Below, one piece after another: positions 38,480 through 51,193 of a stretch of DNA of 60,000 nt. The stretch's first letter is position 1, and every line of letters starts with the position of its first letter. The DNA comes from Squalus acanthias. Its lineage: Eukaryota. Below the pieces are notes generated by a model that was not told where the DNA came from, made no database searches, and saw only the letters and a list, made by a program, of their open reading frames with translations. The position numbers and the translations under genes are program-made. Location: assembly GCA_030390025.1 (NCBI GenBank), contig CM059432.1:144152001-144212000 (forward strand), read 5' to 3'.

Positions 38480-40900
38480 ATGGTATAGGGGATGGAGCAA
38501 GAGCTAACATCTGTTTGGTTGAAGTTAAGGAATAGGAACTTAAACTCTTTTAGGTGTATAGTTTACACTGTGGGAAAGAGATTAAGGAGCAGATAGGAAA
38601 ACAACTTAGAGAAAAAGTGCAAGAAAAACAGAGCCCGAATAATGGGTGAGGAATTATTAAAATATCAACTGGGGTAAGTGAGAAAGAAAGGGAGGGGTTG
38701 CTACAATCTGTGCAGGACTGATTTCAGGCAGTAGGTTTTAGTCTCATAAGGAAGGTGGCTGTGCTGGATCTAGTTCCAGGAATAGGGCGGTTCGGTTGTG
38801 TAAGGATCAGAGAACATCTAGGAAACAGCCCAGGACATAATTAGGTTCCATATCAAATTGGAAAGGAGAGGGAAAGGTCAAAGATAAAAGGTATTTGATT
38901 GGATAAAAGCCAATTACAACAAGATGAAAAGGGAACTTGCCCAGATAAAATGGAAAGAAGAATTGCCAAATTACACAGCGCACAAACAATGGGAATGGTT
39001 CAAAAGGAAAGGGTTAGTGTAAAAACGAAACACAGTCCCAATAAGTGAAGCTGAATAGAGAGATTCAAATTAAAGAGAGACTTAAAAAAGAGACTTAAAA
39101 AAGAGGGCAAATAATACAAAAAAAACCAAGTCAGATTTATAAAATATAGAAAGAAATCGAACAAAATTGGATAGGGTATGTAGAAAGACTGGCATAAAGG
39201 GGAATATTAAAGGATTTTATTAAAAAGTGAAAGAATAGTTAAAGAATGGGTGGGCATGACGAGAGATCAAAAAGGAAATCTTCTTCCGGAGGATGAAGGA
39301 TTGGTGAAGATACTGAACAAGTGCTTTGCCTCTGTTTTCACACAAAAGACTGGCAGTGGAATTGAAAGGGTACAATACGAGGAAGTGAAGCATTTAGATA
39401 GGATAAGGAAGGAGTGCTGAAAATAACTGGTGTAACTCAGAGTGAAAAAGCCACCAGGCCCTGATGGCTGAATCTTGGAACGTGGAGGGAAGTCAGAGAG
39501 GGGATAGCAGTGGCTGCGAGCACAATCTTTTAAATACCCTTAGATTTGGAAGTTGTGCCAGAGGACTGAAGGATTGCTGCTGTTACACCTCTGTTCAAAA
39601 AGAGAGAAAGAGATAAACCAGGTAAGTATAGACCAGTCAGCTGAACATCGGCGGCGGGGAAGCTTTTGTGGGGCATAACATGGGATAAAATTGATACTCA
39701 CCTGATAAGACCCGAGTAATCGAGGGCAGCCAACACGAGTTTGCAAAAGGCAAGTCATGTCTGACACATTTTATAGAGTTCTTTGAGGAAGCAACGGAGT
39801 ATATTGATAAAAGAAATGCAGTGGATGTTGTGTACATGAATTTTCAAAAGGCATTTGATATAGTGCCACAAAGGAGGCTTGTTGATAAAATTGAGGCATG
39901 CAATATTAAAGGGAGTGGGTATCATGGATAGATAGATTGTTAAAGGATGGATAACAGAGTGTCGTGGTTAATTAATGGTTTGCAGACTGGAAGGATGGAA
40001 ACAATGTCCCTCCCAGGGTTTAGTGTTTGGACATGCTCTTCTCAATATATAAATTATCTGGACTTGGGTATAAGGGACACATAGAATTTGCAGACAACAT
40101 AAAAATTGGGAATGTGGTTAACTGTGAAGAGGACTGTGAATGACTTTAGGAGGCTGTGACAGGTTCGTAGATTGGGCCAATAGATAGCGGATGAAATTTA
40201 ATGCAGAGAAATGAGAGGTGATGCACGTTGAGAGGGAGAATTAGGAGAGGAAATGGCACTAAATGACAACATTTTGCAAGGAGTAGAGGAGCAGAGAGAC
40301 TTAGGGATTCAGATACCCACATCTTTAGGAGTGGGAGGGCAAGTAAGTTGATAAAACTGTTTAAAATAAAAGGAATATAGCATCCTAAGTTTTATAAATA
40401 GGAGTATGGAATATAGAGGCTGAGAGGTAACGCTAACCCAACACAAAACATAAACTCATTGGAGTTTAGAAGAATGAGAGGTGATCTTATTGAAACGTGT
40501 AAGATACTGAGGGGGCTCGACAGAGATTTTGTTTCCCCTCATGGGGGAATCTAGAACTAGGAGGCATAGTTTTAGAATAAGAGGTCTCCCATTTAAAACT
40601 GAGATGAGGAGGAATTTCTTCTCTCAGAGGGTCGTAAATCTGTGGAATTCTCTGCCCCAGAGAGCTGTGGAGGCAGGGTCATTGAATATATTTAAGGTGG
40701 AGATAGAGAGATTTTTGAACAATAAGGGAGTGATGGGTTATGGGGAGCGGGCAGGGAAATGGAGCTGAACCCAAGATCAGATCAGCCATGATCTCATTAA
40801 ATGGCGGAGCAGGCTCGAGGGGCCAAATGGCCGACTCCTGCTCCTATTTCTTATGTTCTTATGTTCTTATGCTCGGCCACAGTTAGAACATTGGGCCAAT
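38480..40900 (+). mobile_element. Old, heavily degraded CR1 LINE (endonuclease end through RT) with a younger CR1 3' end nested at about 40455-40871
   Basis: Degenerate PPGPDG, KGKSCLTHFIEFFEE and VVYMNFQKAFDIVP motifs. RPQLEH resumes at about 40872 after a (TTCTTATG)3 tail. Confidence 0.8.
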
Positions 40901-41257
40901 TTTCCTGACTTTGCCCCGGAGAGAGTCCATTTCCCTGCATGCAAAGGTCAAGAAGAAGGTGGCGGAGACCAATTTTTCTAGGACTCCACCCCTTTATGTT
41001 GGCATTCTGGGAACTTTCTCCAAAAGTTGGGATGGTGGCAGTGCCCACAATAGGAGCAGATCCAAAGTAGATGTATAAATGAGGAGAGAGACAGCAATCC
41101 CAGCTCAATTTCCTAACAATGGGGGCCAGGGGCTCCCCAGGAATCTGGCAGTGTGCTTCCCCGGGACTCCCCTCACACCAGGGTTGGGGAAGAGCTGAAC
41201 AGGAGTTAGGCCATTCAGCGCCTCGAGCCAGTTCAATGCATGAAATATCATTCCATC

Positions 41258-41801
41258 AACAACAACAACAACAACTACTTGTATTTATATAGCACCTTTA
41301 ATGCAGCATAACATCCCAAGGCGCTTCACAGGAGCGATTATCAATCAAAATTTGACACCGAGCCACAGAAGGAGATATCAGGACAGATGACCAAAAGCTT
41401 GGACAAAGAGGTAGTCTTAAAGGAGGCGTGAGAAGTAGTGAGGCGGGGAGGTTTAGGGAGAGAATTCCAGAGCTTAGGGCCCAGGCAGCTGAAGGCATGG
41501 CCGCCAATGGTGGAGCGATTAGAATCAGGGATGTGCAAGAGGCCAGAATTGGAAGAGTGCAGAGATCTCGAAGGGTTGTAAGGCTGGAGGAGGTTGCAGA
41601 GATAGGGAGGGGGGCGAGGCCATGGAGAGGTTTGATGACAAGGATGAGAATTTTTAAATTGAAGGGTTGCCGGACTGGGAGTCAATGTAGGTCAGCGAGC
41701 ACCGGGGGGCGATGGGGAAATGGGACTTGGTGCGAGTTAAGACACGAGCAGCAGAGTTTTGGATGAGCTCAAGTTTTTGTAGGCTGGACGATGGGAGGCC
41801 A
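41258..41801 (-). mobile_element. L2 LINE 3' end
   Basis: (AAC)n tail and PYNPSRSLHSS...TIGGHAFSCLGPKLWNSLP. Confidence 0.88.
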
Positions 41802-42312
41802 GCTGGTCCAGCAGACATAGATAAAGTACTTCCCCCAAAATTAGACCACTAGAGGAAATTTGTTTATTTGAAGATTGTAATAATAATCAAATGAGGCTTG
41901 GAACTGAGCTGCCAGCCTGAAGCACTCGCCCAACACCCATCCTGAGGGCAGGACTTGTTAGGAGTCTACAGAAAACGATCTTATGCATACGCAAAGGGTC
42001 ATGGATGTTGTTATCTTTGGCAATGAAGCGAATCTGAATCTCAACTGGTCTGAATTGGACCGAACCTATGGTCTAATTTCGGTCACTCCAGGCTATGAAT
42101 TCAGTTCTGGTTCATCCCTACTGGCCTTTGATTCTCGGTGACACATAAATCCTTCAAACTGCCCTCAGATATCCTTGAGCAGCCCGCGACCATGTGGTGG
42201 TCCACACTACGAGACAGCTCACCTTCCTCTGTGTTTTTCTATTTGTTTGTTCTTGGGATGTGAGTGACATTGGAAATTCCCCATTTACAGCCCATCCCAT
42301 TAAGAGGCATAT

Positions 42313-42520
42313 TACATAGAATTTAAAGCACAGAAACAGGCCATTCGGCCCAACAGGTCCATGCTGGTGTTTGTGCTCCACACGAGCCTCCTCCCACCCC
42401 TCTTCATCTCACCCTATCAGCATATCCTTCTATTCCTTTCTCCCTCATGTATTGATCTAGCTTCCCCTTAAATGCATCTTTGCTATTCGCCTCATCTACT
42501 CCCTGTGGTAGCGAGTTCCC
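42313..42520 (-). mobile_element. CR1 LINE tail fragment
   Basis: Reverse complement of the tail type seen at 35428-35602. Confidence 0.8.
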
Positions 42521-42958
42521 ACTGTGATTATTTGCATGGTCTTCTGTGTCCTTCTGCGCATGTGCCCGTATGGAGGGCAGGGCCTAAACACCGTCCTGTG
42601 CATGCGCACCGGAGGGCCCTTGTCAGTCCATCGTTAGCCATCTGTGGGGGCAGGCTGGCGGGCGCAGGCCTGAACAGTAGGCTGCGGCCTCGGGATGGGA
42701 GTCAGCAAGGATCAGCCGAGGGGGGAAACCTGGCCGAGGCCCCGATATTTAAAGCCCCGCTCACCTGGTCGAGCTTGCCTATCTTGCGGCCTCGGCGAGT
42801 GTGTCAGGACCCCAGGGTTCGGTGGTGTCGGGGCTCGGGACCCTGCTCGCTCTGCTGCCTCTCGGGCTCTCCGGCCTGATTGTACAAGGCGGGGTTCGGT
42901 AGTGTCAGGGCTCGGGGCCCTGCTCGCTCTGCCGCCTCTCAGGCTCTCCGATCCAATT

Positions 42959-43266
42959 CACAGAATCCCCACAGTGCAGATAGAGGCCATTTCGGCCCAT
43001 CGAGCCTGCACCGACACATATCCCACCCTATCCCCGTAACCCCACGTATTTAATCCCCCCTAACACTAAGGGTCAATTTATCATAGCCAAATCAACCTAA
43101 CCCGCACATCTTTGGACTGTGGGAGGAAACCGGAGCACCCGGAGGAAACCCACGCAGACACGGGGAGAATGTGCAAACTCCACCCAGACAGTCATCCGAG
43201 GCCGGATTCGAACCCGGGTCCCTGGCGCTGTGAGGCAACAGTGCTAACCACTATGCCACCGTGTTG
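42959..43266 (-). mobile_element. HE1-type V-SINE
   Basis: Near-identical to 19358-19662. CCAATT TSD at 42953-42958 and 43267-43272, inside a ~75-bp GC-rich tandem repeat. Confidence 0.92.
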
Positions 43267-43867
43267 CCAATTGTACAAGGCGGGGTTCGGTAGTGTCAGG
43301 GCTCGGGGAAATCTTAGTTTCTTCCACTCAGGAAGTGGTGCGGAAACATGAGAGACAAACATAATTAGATGTGATTGGTTATGTTGAATGACTTATACTA
43401 TTTTGTTCTGGGCAAGTTGAACTCGCAGCACACTCATACAGGCCGGCAATGCTGTTTTTGCATTATCCACCTGTACGGGCATATCCCCTGAGACAAACAG
43501 AAAGTCACAATCACGACATATTATTTATTATAGGTTCGGTTTAAACAGAGAGCTTTGAAGCGGGCCAACACAAATTAAAAGACTTGAATGTGTTCTGAGT
43601 GAATAAGGCTTTCATTATCGAGATGCAAGGATTCATTTGATACTGAAACACTTATTTACTTCCGTATGTTTCAAACTGACAAGAATACTTCCATATGCTG
43701 TTACTGGAAAGAAAAGCTCAGCACTCCGGCCGCACCGCAACCAGACTTTCACTTTGCAGACAAACTGTTGAGTGTGTCTTGTGCTCCAAGAGGACCAATC
43801 AGAAATCTGCTCTCATCTTCCAAGGGGACCAATCAGAGATTTGGTGTTGCAAATAGACATGACCACA

Positions 43868-44070
43868 AGTTCCACGTTCTAACCACTCTCTGGGTAAAGT
43901 GGTTTCTCCTGAATTCCCTACTGGATTTATTGGTGACCATCTTATATTTATGGCCCCCTAGTTCAGGACTCCATCGCAAGTGGAAACATCCTCTCCACGT
44001 CTACCCTATCAAACCCCTTCATAATCTTAAAGACTTCTATCAGGTCACCCCTCAGCCGTCTCTTTTTTTT
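43868..44070 (-). mobile_element. CR1 LINE 3' fragment
   Basis: Reverse complement encodes LRGDLIEVFKIMKGFDRVD and FTQRVVRTWNL. Confidence 0.8.
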
Positions 44071-44071
44071 T

Positions 44072-44420
44072 AGGCATCAGTTGGAGTATTGTGGCCAATT
44101 CAGAATGTCGAGGCCTTGGAGAGGATGCAGAGGAGGTTTACCAGAATGGTATCAGGGATGATGGACTTCAGTTACGTAGAGAGACTGGAGAAGCTGGTGT
44201 GGGACTGGAGTCACATGTAGGTCTAGACCGGGTAAGGACGGCAGGTTTCCTTCCCTGGAGGGCATTAGTGAACCAATTGGGTTTTTTACGACAATCCAAC
44301 AGCTTTTCAACGGTCACTTTTACTGACACCAGCTTTTTATTTCCGGATTTATTGAATTAATTTTCAAATCTTGACATGATTGGATTTGAACTTGTGCCTT
44401 CTGGGTTGGTAGTCCAGGAC
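44072..44420. mobile_element. CR1 fragment (+, to about 44198) joined to an inverted SINE of the 19680 family
   Basis: LERMQRRFTRM motif, then GTGGGACTGGAGTCACAT..GGTAAGGACGGCAGGTTTCCTTCCCT, the reverse complement of 19755-19815. Confidence 0.7.
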
Positions 44421-45279
44421 TAGGGCTACTTGGCCTCCATAACCCCAGTTTGCAGCAAAAAAATATATATTCTTAATAGATAAAAGGTTAAACCGCTGGT
44501 TTCAAAAGTCCATGCACTGCTTCAGAAAATATGTATGCATGTAAATGTTGAAGATAGTATTGGCATGTGGCTATCAGCACCATGACCCCAGACATCCTAT
44601 AATAATAAACTGGGAACTGAAAGCTAACTTCAGTATTAGCTGTTAACAGGGCACTGAGCTGCTGAATGACTGCCACAATCATCAGACTTACAGAGGTGCT
44701 GAAAGTAGCTATTCAGTGCAGCGTAGTCTACGGCAGCAGCAAGTGTTGGAACAAATACAGACACAGACTCAGTAATCTCGGTAAAACAGCAGAGATTGGA
44801 CTGTAATCAGGATTATAAAGTTTAGGGTTTGGAGTACGTCACTGTGACAGGGTTCTGGTCCAAGGTTTGCTGCCTGCTTTCAAAGGGTTTATCCTTGGAG
44901 CGAAATGGTGAAATCATCGTCTAGACTGGGAGCCGTGAGCTGGGCAGGTTTGCGTTTTATTTAATGGAGTCTGGCACTTGACTCTGATTGAAGTTAAGAA
45001 ACCAAAAATAAAACGCACAGCCTCCGTGCTTCATGGGTACGCAGCAAAGCAGATACTCGGGGTCAGCCAAGGAACCAGAACAGTCACTGTTTAAGGGAGA
45101 GGGGACCTGCCTGTGCTTTATACCTGATTTTAGACCCTAGAAATTGCACAATTAGAAATTACACAAAAAGCAAAGAGAAATGCGTGTAAAAATGTTACTA
45201 TTTTGAGTTTTCAGGATTTTTTTAATTAACTTCTGTTTCCTCTTTCATTTAGTTTGCACTTACCCTAACCAGATATAGG

Positions 45280-45905
45280 TTTTTTTATTCATTCACGGGA
45301 TGTGGGCGTCGCTGGCAAGGCCAACATTTATTGCCCATCCCTAATTGCCCTCGAGAAGGTGGTGGTGAGCCACCTTCTTGAATCGCTGCAGTCCGTGTGG
45401 TAAAGGTACTCCCACAGTGCTGTTAGGGAGGGAATTCCAGGATTTTGACCCAGCGACGTGAAGGAATGGTGATATATTTCAAATTCAGGATGGTGTGTGA
45501 CTTGGAGGGGAACTTGGAGGTGGTGGTGTTCCCATGCATCTGCAGCCCTTGTCCTTCTAGGTGATAGAGGTCATGGATTTGGGAGATGCTGTCGGAGAAG
45601 CCTTGGCGAGTTGCTGCAGTGCATCTTGTAGATGGTACACACTGCAGCCACGGTACGCCGGTGGTGGAGGGAGTGAATGTTTAAGGTGTTGGATGGGGTG
45701 CCAATCAAGCGGGCTGCTTTGTCCTGGATGGTGTTGAGCTTCTTGAGTGTTGTTGGAGCTGCACTCATCCAGGCAAGTGGAGAGTATTCCATCACACCCC
45801 TTACTTGTGCCTTGTAAATGGTGGAAAGGCCATGGGGAGTCAGGAGGTGAGACTCACCACAGAATATCCAGCCTCTGACCTGCTCTTGTAGCCATTGTAT
45901 TTATG
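45280..45905 (-). mobile_element. Family-B LINE 3' part
   Basis: MEYSPLAWMSAAPTTLKKL...HLPNP and the family-B tail. Confidence 0.9.
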
Positions 45906-46648
45906 GTGACCAGACACTAAATTGGACCAGTCACATCAACATTATGGATACAAGAGCAGGTCAGAGGCTGGGTATTCTGCGGCGAGTGTCTCACCTCCTG
46001 ACTCCCCAAAGCCTTTCCACCACCTACAAGGCACAAGGTAGGAGAGTGTTAGAATTCTCTCCACTTGCCTGGATGGGTGCAGCTCCAACAACACTCAAGA
46101 AGCTCAATACCATCTGGAACAGAGCAGTTCACAGATTAGTGCCTGTGCCATTAGACTCACTGGCCTAGAAATTCCCCGGTGTAGCGCCGGCTGTTAAGGC
46201 CGGTTTTGTTGAAAAAATGGCTGCCGCCTTGCTTCCGCCCGCTTCCGGCGTGGGACACAACGGCCGCCATTTTGGTGGGGGCCATAGTGCTGCCATTGAC
46301 AGCACTAGCCTCTCAAATTTAAATCAGCAGATCGCGACGTCAATCGGCGTGCAACGCCTGACTTAAGGCCACGGCTGCTAATTTGGACGTTCTCGCGCTC
46401 CTTTATGCTGTGTCCTAACCACACACAGAAAAGCGAGCGTGAAGCAGATCTGCAGAAATGCTGTCAGCACTTCTCAAAGGGACACACACATTTTCAGGTA
46501 AGTTTGGATTTAAGCTTTTGGACTTTAAAAAAATATTTTATTGAAGTAATGGCTTGGTGCAATGAATTTAAAAAGTTTTTAAAGTGTGCAGGGAGTGCTG
46601 CTGGATGCGTGCAAGGCTTTGGATGGTAAAGGAAGGCCTCTGAGAAGA

Positions 46649-46786
46649 CAGAAAATTCTGGAAGTACTCAGCAGGTCAGGCAGCACCTGTGGAAAGAGAA
46701 ACAGAGTTAGCGTTTCAGGTCGAGATGCTGCCTGACCTGCTGAGTATTTCCGGGATTTTCGGCTTTTATTTCAGATTTACAGCATC
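46649..46786. mobile_element. Short fold-back Penelope-type remnant
   Basis: Perfect 21-bp inverted repeat TACTCAGCAGGTCAGGCAGCA (46665-46685, 46726-46746). Similar to 12683-12745. Confidence 0.75.
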
Positions 46787-47499
46787 CACTCGCAGAGGGA
46801 AGAGGAAGAAGCAGAAGAGGATTAAGGGGAAGGAAGGATGCAACCCAGACAGCCCCTTTCTGGCCGGTGTATCCGGGATGGAATCATCCACCTGCATTAC
46901 CAGTGACCACAACCCAATTCCTCTTTCAACATTTGTCCCATAGCTTACCTTCCCTCTGTTACTGACCACCACAGTGTCCTCTTGGCCAAAATGCTGAAAT
47001 AAAAAAAGTCAAATAAAGCAAACTTTCCAATCCAACTTTATCCATATATGCATCCAATATGACATCAAGATATCAACTAATCACCCTTGTGAATTCTCTT
47101 AGTGATTGTGTTGCATCTGCCTTTGCCTATCCTAGTGATGTCACGCAGTGCTACCCCAGTGGCTGCAGCATGGCTGCTGACTTTCATCGGGGACCACCTC
47201 AGATAGCCGTGCAGGACGACCTCGAGGAGCTGGTGACTGGGAGTGTCAAATCGAGTGATAGGTTTTTTTTGTTTGTTTTCTTCTTCTTCTTCTTCACTCT
47301 CCTCTCCCTCTTCTCGGTCACCCACTGGCTGGGCAGGCTGCATTTCTTGGGTGTGTGAAATGAGAAAGGCACAAGTGTAGAGTTGTGGTGAGGGGAGGTG
47401 GGAAAGCAAGAGCTGCATGCTTACGCCATGAACACCTTGTAAATCAGAAGATATTGTGGGATGAGGGGGAAGTGGGATGTGAGAAGGAGGATAACATAT

Positions 47500-47935
47500 G
47501 AGGATACCAGCATCTTGTATCCTTTCAGCCCCACTGCTGACCAAGGCCTCAGCCATGCCCCTGCCAAGAATGACCTGCACCGTCTCCTCCAAGGGGATGA
47601 GGTGAGGCTAGGAATGGGAGGTGTGCCTCGTTTTTAGTACAGATTCTTGGTAGGTGAGTGATTCGGGTGGCGGGGGGTGGGGTTGATCGTGCAATGAGCA
47701 GTGTGTGAGGCTAGTGGTGCAGTTGGTAGGAGACGGCTTTTGAAGATGCATTCACTGACGCTGACCACTGGTCTGAGGGGCGACACTGCTGGCAGTGATG
47801 GCCTCGGTGATCTGGTCCCACCTCGTTCGTTCTGGAGGGCCTCCTGGCCCCTGTGGGTAGAGGACCTCTCTTGCAGTGTCAGCCCCCTGCACAAAGCCGG
47901 AGTGCTGCGTGCGAGACCCTGGGTACCCTTTCCCT
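47500..47935 (-). pseudogene. Remnant of the Harbinger Myb/SANT-like (NAIF1-like) DNA-binding protein gene
   Basis: Fragments REVLYPQGPGGPP..WDQITEAITASSVAP and HLIPLEETVQVILGRGMAEA lie inside Harbinger TIRs. Family recognised from memory. Confidence 0.6.
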
Positions 47936-49084
47936 GGCTTGTTGAGCAATTTGTGTTAGTGCTGAAGCACTTTTACCATTTTTTTTATGTGCAAAAGATA
48001 GTTCAGCTTTAAGAGCTGAAGACTGCCATTTCGGAATTATTGTTAATGTTTATTTTTTGTCAGAAGGCAGTTGAGCTCTAAGCGCTAAAGACTGCCTATT
48101 TTAAATTATTTTTTTTTCATTTTAGAAGGCAGTTCCCCTTTAAGGGATCAACACTGCTTTCTAAATTGGCAGGCTAACTTTAAGAGAAGGCTGCCTCACT
48201 CCAAGGACGCTACGGCCTCCTACTGAGACTACCACCTGAAACAGCGTGTTACACTGCAGGTTTCGCGCTCTGCTAATTTAAATCAGCAGGCAGCACCAAA
48301 ATACCAGTGCTGCCTGCACTCCTTTTGTGGGCGGCCGTTAACTTTGGCCCGCGGTGGCACCGGCCGTTTGCCGGCCTAATCGAATTTCTAGGCCACTATC
48401 CACTCCCTCCACCATTGGCGCACCGTGGCTGCAGTGTGTACTATCTACAGGCTGCACTGCAGCAACTCGCCAAGGCTTCTTTGATAGCATCTCCCTCCCC
48501 TATGACCTCGACCACCGAGAAGGACAAGGGCAGCACTGTTGTGGGAACACCACCACCTCCAAGTCACACACTATCCTGACTTGGTCACATATCGCCGTTC
48601 CTTCATCGTCATTGGTTCAAAACCCTGGAACTCCCGACCTAACAGCATTGTGAGAACACGGACTGCAGCGGTTCAAGAAGAAGGCTCACCACCACCTTCT
48701 CAAGGGGCAACTAGGTTAGCACTGGACCTGAGCTCAGGAGAAGCCTCCAGCTTCTTCTAATTCCTTGATGCTGTCATGCCAATGGTGTTCAGGGTGGCCT
48801 TGTTAAACAGGGTCAAGCGTTTGTAATGCTTGGGACCCCCTCAGCCTTGCTCTACTCCTGTTTATTTTGAGCCGTTTTGTCCCACAAGCAAAGAAGTAGT
48901 CTTGAGATTTTGCCAGTTTAGACAGTGATGTTCACCTTCCAGCCCTTTCTATCTGACACTAACTCAACATGCATCATGCAGCTGGGTTGCTTCCCAAAGA
49001 TTTCTGTCCCACTCCTGTCTGAGTTGTAAGTAGCTGCTTGTAATGATTCCATACTGGAATTACGGACTCCATTAATTGTTAAAA

Positions 49085-49440
49085 TGACCAAAAGTTTGGT
49101 CAAAGAGGTAGGTTATAAGGAGCGTCTTAAAGGAGGAGAGAGAGGTTAGAGAGGCGGAGAAGCTTAGGAAGGTAATTCCAGAGCTTAGGGCCGAGGGAGC
49201 TGAAAGCACGGCCGCCAATGGTGGAGCGATTAAAATCAGGGATGCGCAAGAGGCCAGAATTGGAGGAGCGCAGATATCTCGGAGGGTTGTAGGGCTGGAG
49301 GTGGCTACAGAGATAGGGAGGGGAGAGGCCATGGAGGGATTTGAACACAAGGATGAGAATTTTAAAATTGAGGCATTGTTGGACCGGGAGCCAGTGTAGG
49401 TGAGCAACCACGGGGGTGATGAGTGAATGGGTGATCGGGG
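49085..49440 (-). mobile_element. L2 LINE 3' fragment
   Basis: ITPVVAHLHWLPVQQCLNFKIL...TIGGRAFSSLGPKLWNYLP. Confidence 0.9.
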
Positions 49441-50296
49441 AGAACTGTCGAGAAAATGACTGGCTACAGACACTAATGTCCACACAGTGTAACATCAAGG
49501 GCAAAGTGTTTAATGACCCCAAATTAACATTTCATTCACTAAAAATTAAAGTACTGGAAAGTGTCACATTAGTATGAAGAGGGAGTGATCAGTAGGGCCA
49601 AGGTAATTGGTCTCCGTGCCATGGGTTAGGAATTGGGAAGTCGGCAGAACTCACACCCCTATCACTGTCCAGCAGACCTGGTTGAAAGCCCGATGTGTTG
49701 ACATTGGGTGAGGAGAGGATCAAGCTCAGCTGTGATGGCCTCCACAATCAAATAACCTACTGCTGCTCACCGCCATGGCCAAATGGATGAGGTACTGAAG
49801 GGAAGCCCCAGAAAGGAATCAAGAGGAGAGGAGATGGGGGAGACAATTGGTGAAGAAATTGGCTTAAAAAAAAAATGAAACCAAATGATTCCCATGCAAG
49901 AATGTTCCTGCGTGCAAGGGTTAATACAGCCAGGGGAGTTTTATGTTCAGCTGAGAGAACTTGTCTTGTGATCGAAGGCCTGGCCATGCTGAGTGGCGTG
50001 AGCCCATCATATGACCAGGAGTGGTGAAGATCGGTGTAATCATGTGGAAGAGCTCATTAGAAGATAGGAAATGGAATAAGAGCAGAGGAAGTGGGCTTTC
50101 AGCAAAGAGTCAAACTGGTCATGTTCCTCTGCGTGAGGGCACCAAGTGATCGTAAAATCGCATGACCCACAGATTGGTTAACCCTTGAAGTACTGCATTC
50201 ATTTATTGACCCGGCTCTGCGTGTGATTTCCGATAATATTGTTCACCTGAACTTGATGTGGAACCAAGAATGTTATGGCTCATATGAGAAGGAAAA

Positions 50297-50692
50297 AAAT
50301 AAAGACTTGCATTTATATAGTGCTTTTCACCACCTCAGGACAGCCCAAAGTGCTTTCCAGTCAATGAAATACTTTTGGAGTGTAGTCACTGTTGTGATGT
50401 AGGAAACGCGGCAGCCAAATTGCGCACAGCAAGCTCCCACAAACAGCAATGTGATAAATGACAGGATAATCTGTTTTTGTTATGTTGGTTGAGGGATAAA
50501 TGTTCATCAGGACATGGGTAGAACTCCCCTGCTTTTCTTCGAATAGTGCCATAGGATCTTTTACATCCACATGAGAGGGCAGACGGGGCCTCGTTTTAAC
50601 GTGTCGTCCGAAAAACGGCACCTCCGACAGTGCAGCACTCCTTCAATACTGCACTGGAATGTCAGCCTACATTAAATCTCTGGAGTGGGACT
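50297..50692 (-). mobile_element. DeuSINE truncated within the head
   Basis: Matches 34005-34382. Confidence 0.88.
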
Positions 50693-50693
50693 A

Positions 50694-51193
50694 CAGCCTC
50701 CTGTACCCCCAGCCTCCTGTACCCCCAGCCTCCTGTACCCCCAGTCTCCTGTACCCCCAGTCTCCTGTACCCCCAGTCTCCTGTACCCCCAGTCTCCTGT
50801 ACCCCCAGTCTCCTGTACCCCCAGTCTCCTGTACCCCCAGTCTCCTGTACCCCCTAGTCTCCTGTACCCCCAGTCTCCTGTACCCCCAGTCTCCTGTACC
50901 CCTAGTCTCCTGTACCCCCAGGTTCCTGTACCCCCAGCCTCCTGTACCCCCAGTCTCCTGTACCCCCAGTCTCCTGTACCCCCAGTCTCCTGTACCCCTA
51001 GTCTCCTGTACCCCCAGTCTCCTGTACCCCCAGTCTCCTGTACCCCCAGCCTCCTGTACCCCCAGCCTCCTGTACCCCCAGCCTCCTGTACCCCCAGCCT
51101 CCTGTACCCCCAGTCTCCTGTACCCCTAGTCTCCTGTACCCCCAGGTTCCTGTACCCCCAGTCTCCTGTACCCCCAGCCTCCTGTACCCCCAG
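50694..51193. repeat. 16-bp minisatellite, about 31 copies
   Basis: AG(C/T)CTCCTGTACCCCC in tandem. Confidence 0.97.

Larger units (their letters stand above)
46162..48394. mobile_element. Internally deleted PIF/Harbinger transposon, 2233 bp
   Basis: Perfect 12-bp TIR GGCCTAGAAATT (46162-46173, 48383-48394) with ACT TSD, and remnants of two convergent genes. Confidence 0.9.
45907..48715 (+). mobile_element. Family-B LINE 3' part, split by a Harbinger element
   Basis: RAGQRLGILRRVSHLLT before 46161. CACTCCCTCCACCA..CCGTGGCTGCAGTG resumes after 48397. Confidence 0.85.
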
